DNA of 27,280 bases from a virus. Taxonomy: Duplodnaviria > Caudoviricetes. The DNA lies in IMG/VR virus record IMGVR_UViG_3300044988_000111, positions 1 through 27,280 of that record. One strand, given 5' to 3'. Positions 24,846-27,280 of the stretch are shown here, one piece after another. The translations under genes and the position numbers were made by a program. Positions within the stretch are counted from its first letter, which is position 1. The number at the start of each line of letters is the position of its first letter. The notes below the pieces were generated by a model that worked only from the letters and a program-made list of their open reading frames with translations, was not told the DNA's origin and did no database searches.

Positions 24846-25457
24846 CTACTTTTTTTCAGTTAAAGACTCCTGCTTTTTTGTTTCTTCAATTACTTTTAGT
24901 TTTTCAATATATAAATTATAATCTGGTCTTAGCTTGTCATACTTCAACCATTGAGCAGTTGCGTCAGCTCCAATCTTACCTTCAAATGGACATGGTGTTC
25001 CTGAATTTTCCATTGCATGAAATACTCTTGCGTCTTGGCAAAGGATAGAAACAGAAGCCACTTTCATTCCAAGATCATTTAGAACTTTAGCTAGTTTAAT
25101 TCTTTCACAGTTTTCATCTTTAGTATAACTGCCACCAGATATACCTACTCCGAATGTTGACACTCCACCACTATATCCGACAACGCATAAGTCTTGTGAG
25201 AAGGCAGACATTGCTGGTGCAGATGCTGTTGCTGCAACTCTTGTGTCTCCTGAATAGGCGTTTGTAGTAGAATTAGTTGTTGTAGTAGAATTAGATGCAG
25301 AACCTGATTCGTATGTTGAAGAACTGGAAGAAGTATATCCGCCAGTAATAGAAGTATTACTACCAGAAGTATTATTCTGTGTAGTTGTTTGAGATGATGC
25401 ACTAGTGATTAAGCATAGTATTAAAACTATAGTTGTTAGTATAATGTTCTTTCTCAT
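24846..25457 (-). CDS. Exported Cys-containing conserved protein (203 aa), candidate -1 frameshift gene
   Basis: Signal peptide MRKNIILTTIVLILCLITSASS; 'SQDLC...DENCERIKLAK...LCQD.RVF.AM..GTPCP' family motif. Confidence 0.85.
   Translation of the reverse strand: MRKNIILTTIVLILCLITSASSQTTTQNNTSGSNTSITGGYTSSSSSTYESGSASNSTTTTNSTTNAYSGDTRVAATASAPAMSAFSQDLCVVGYSGGVSTFGVGISGGSYTKDENCERIKLAKVLNDLGMKVASVSILCQDARVFHAMENSGTPCPFEGKIGADATAQWLKYDKLRPDYNLYIEKLKVIEETKKQESLTEKK
24849..24871 (-). promoter_or_regulatory. Candidate -1 ribosomal frameshift signal
   Basis: AGGAG-TCTTTAACTGA-A_AAA_AAG-TAG in frame. Confidence 0.6.
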
Positions 25458-25458
25458 C

Positions 25459-25584
25459 TTATTTTTTATAACCTTTTTTCTTAATTACTTTTTTAAATCT
25501 TATAACTCTTTTGTATCTTAGGGGTTCATGTTTGAACGTAATGTATTCTTTTAAAAAGTTATTTATCTTCTTAAATATATTCAT
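25459..25584 (-). CDS. Highly cationic peptide (41 aa)
   Basis: MNIFKKINNFLKEYITFKHEPLRYKRVIRFKKVIKKKGYKK; TAATG overlap with holin, fills the gap. Confidence 0.7.
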   Translation of the reverse strand: MNIFKKINNFLKEYITFKHEPLRYKRVIRFKKVIKKKGYKK

Positions 25585-26000
25585 TATTCTTTATTAGATT
25601 GTTTGTTGGCTAAACTTCTAGCAATACTTTCACCAGATCTTCCAACTACATATCCGCCTAACCCTATTTGTAACAATGTCCAAACATCTCCTGGTAATTC
25701 AAAACCAACAACAATGCCTGTAATCATTTTAATAATAGGTGCAAAGATATAATTGAATACTAAAACAAATATTAAAACGTACATTAATAATGGTCTCCAT
25801 GATGCAGAAAACCAACCTGATTTAGCTTCAGCTTCTACGATAGATGCTGCTGCTTTTAATTCTTCAGTAGATGATTTTAATAATTGTTCGTTTAACTGTG
25901 CTTTTAATTTTGCTTGTAAGTCTTTATCTTCAACAGACTTTTCTATTGTACTGAATAATATTTTTGCAAGTGGCGCAATAGCATTTAATGCTGGTAACAT
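25584..26000 (-). CDS. Holin (GTA-type '3TM holin' family)
   Basis: 'EAKS.W....WRP' followed by TM segments and 'GLGGYV.GRS.E'; next to lysozyme; GAGG RBS. Confidence 0.85.
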   Translation of the reverse strand: MLPALNAIAPLAKILFSTIEKSVEDKDLQAKLKAQLNEQLLKSSTEELKAAASIVEAEAKSGWFSASWRPLLMYVLIFVLVFNYIFAPIIKMITGIVVGFELPGDVWTLLQIGLGGYVVGRSGESIARSLANKQSNKE

Positions 26001-26034
26001 ATTTTTATCTAACCTCTATTTTTGTTGATTTAAC

Positions 26035-26466
26035 TTATGCGCAAGTTCGCATAAGATCAGATAACTCTTGGCAACGTTTAGGAGTCTGAACTCTCCATTG
26101 AGAGTCTAACATCTGATTTGCAGCTTCATTATAGTCTTTTTTTCGTAACGCTTCAAACATTTTTTTAAATTTAGAAACCCCACCAATACCTAATTGGAAT
26201 ACCATTTCTACTATAATTTCTCTTGCAGTATCACAAATATCAATGCCTTCTAATAATTGTTCTGCATTATAAGCTGATCTATTAAAGTCTTTATCAAATA
26301 AAACTTCTAATAAAGATTTATCGTATTGAATACCCTCTTCAAAATCATCATCTTCAGTTAACAAATGTCCATAACCGATAGTGGCTTTGCCTAATGAATC
26401 TAAATAAACAGTATTTCTAAACCCCTCATGTTTTTTAATTCTATCTTTAACCGCTTTATAATCCAT
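26035..26466 (-). CDS. Endolysin, GH24 (T4-type) lysozyme
   Basis: 'HEG.....YLDS.G..TIGYGH' catalytic E-x8-D-x5-T motif; start most likely ATG at 26466 (frame open to 26571). Confidence 0.92.
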   Translation of the reverse strand: MDYKAVKDRIKKHEGFRNTVYLDSLGKATIGYGHLLTEDDDFEEGIQYDKSLLEVLFDKDFNRSAYNAEQLLEGIDICDTAREIIVEMVFQLGIGGVSKFKKMFEALRKKDYNEAANQMLDSQWRVQTPKRCQELSDLMRTCA

Positions 26467-26527
26467 AATACATTTACAATTATTTAATAAGACACAACCT
26501 ATATCATTGTATAGGTAATTAATGCAC

Positions 26528-27013
26528 TTACTTGATACTATCCATCTTTTCTTTGTTGTTGAAAACATCAACTAAATCTTTAAATGACTTGTAACATTTT
26601 TGTTCTTTTCTGTTTTTCTTATATTTGTTTTGTTCAACTGTAAGTTTATTTTCTTTAGATAATTCTTGGTTATGTTTTAAATCTGTTAGTATTTGTTTTG
26701 TGTCAATAATCATTAGTTCAACACCAAGTTGTTTTTGTTTTTCATTTGGAGATCTGTGAATATTATGATTGTTTTTTTTACGATATGATTTTGTTTTAAC
26801 ATCTATTAATCTTACTATACCATTTGGTTTGATTGCAACCAAGTCAAAGATACATTGTGGATCAATTGACTTTGCAACCATATATCCTTGTTTGACAAGA
26901 GAACAAATCGCTTCATATTCTGATATAGCACCTATAGCACTTTTACTTAATTGGCTAACAGTCTTACTATTAGATCTGCTACCGCCCCTATACTTAGTGT
27001 TAAGACTAACCAT
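26528..27013 (-). CDS. PD-(D/E)XK endonuclease, Holliday-junction-resolvase-like
   Basis: 'GAISEY....L...GY.V....FDLVA.....RLIDVKT'; start uncertain. Confidence 0.75.
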   Translation of the reverse strand: MVSLNTKYRGGSRSNSKTVSQLSKSAIGAISEYEAICSLVKQGYMVAKSIDPQCIFDLVAIKPNGIVRLIDVKTKSYRKKNNHNIHRSPNEKQKQLGVELMIIDTKQILTDLKHNQELSKENKLTVEQNKYKKNRKEQKCYKSFKDLVDVFNNKEKMDSIK

Positions 27014-27156
27014 AACACCTTATATATGGTATTGATCTTATCTTCAATATGTTTCAGATGATTATTCATTAATAAATCAATCTTTTGGTCTAGTAATTTT
27101 AGCTTTCCGTTCAATATAAGTATCTGTTCGTTGTTTTTTTGTGATTGTGTACTCAT
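26947..27156 (-). CDS. Small coiled-coil plus C-terminal TM protein (XhlA-like)
   Basis: 'NNHLKHIE' then hydrophobic 'VLWLVLTLSIGAVA'. Confidence 0.7.
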   Translation of the reverse strand: MSTQSQKNNEQILILNGKLKLLDQKIDLLMNNHLKHIEDKINTIYKVLWLVLTLSIGAVADLIVRLLAN

Positions 27157-27157
27157 G

Positions 27158-27280
27158 TTATTTTACATAATTCCTAATAAGTTCTTTTAAATAATCTTTG
27201 CCTAAAGTCTCATCTAGTATTCTTCTTTGTGATAATGGTATTTTTTCTATTTCATATTTTAAAATAAACGGAGCTAACCC
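27158..27280 (-). CDS. C-terminus of an upstream gene (5'-truncated)
   Basis: Open frame GLAPFILKYEIEKIPLSQRRILDETLGKDYLKELIRNYVK-stop ending 1 nt before next ATG. Confidence 0.6.
   Translation of the reverse strand, partial: GLAPFILKYEIEKIPLSQRRILDETLGKDYLKELIRNYVK

Larger units (their letters stand above)
1..27280. mobile_element. Tailed dsDNA phage genome segment, HTVC010P-like pelagiphage architecture
   Basis: Terminase, portal, scaffold, capsid, tail, lysozyme and holin genes in phage order; low GC; frequent TAATG/ATGA gene overlaps; no host housekeeping genes. Confidence 0.93.

Noticed and set aside
19971-27035. Shadow ORFs at 19971, 23088, 23907, 23929, 24038, 25145, 25753, 26769
   Set aside because: Overlap real genes in other frames or strands; no motifs

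Overview
AT-rich, densely coding fragment of a tailed dsDNA phage. Gene content and order resemble HTVC010P-type pelagiphages (SAR11/LD12 hosts); this is inferred from recognised protein families, not from a database search. The minus strand carries the morphogenesis operon (terS, terL, portal, scaffold, major capsid, adaptor, nozzle, tail fibres) with an inserted endonuclease VII gene. Next come a small plus-strand accessory cassette and a minus-strand replication/regulation block (late-activator-like HTH gene, iteron/AT-rich origin, HTH initiator, DnaA domain IV protein). A plus-strand recombination block follows (PD-(D/E)XK exonuclease, annealing-like protein, SSB-like protein, DUF3310, LexA-like HTH), then a minus-strand lysis/envelope block. 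About 15 small ORFs missing from the supplied track were read by hand. The most striking signal is a dnaX/IS911-style -1 frameshift cassette (internal AGGAG, 11 nt, A_AAA_AAG, UAG) ending a secreted-protein gene; it would add a hydrophobic C-terminal anchor. Also notable are a candidate anti-SD two-hairpin sRNA behind a lambda Q/pR'-like arrangement, GcrA/CcrM-type TGATTCG motifs at three promoters, and a cationic peptide next to the holin. No integrase, rRNA, tRNA or CRISPR array was seen.
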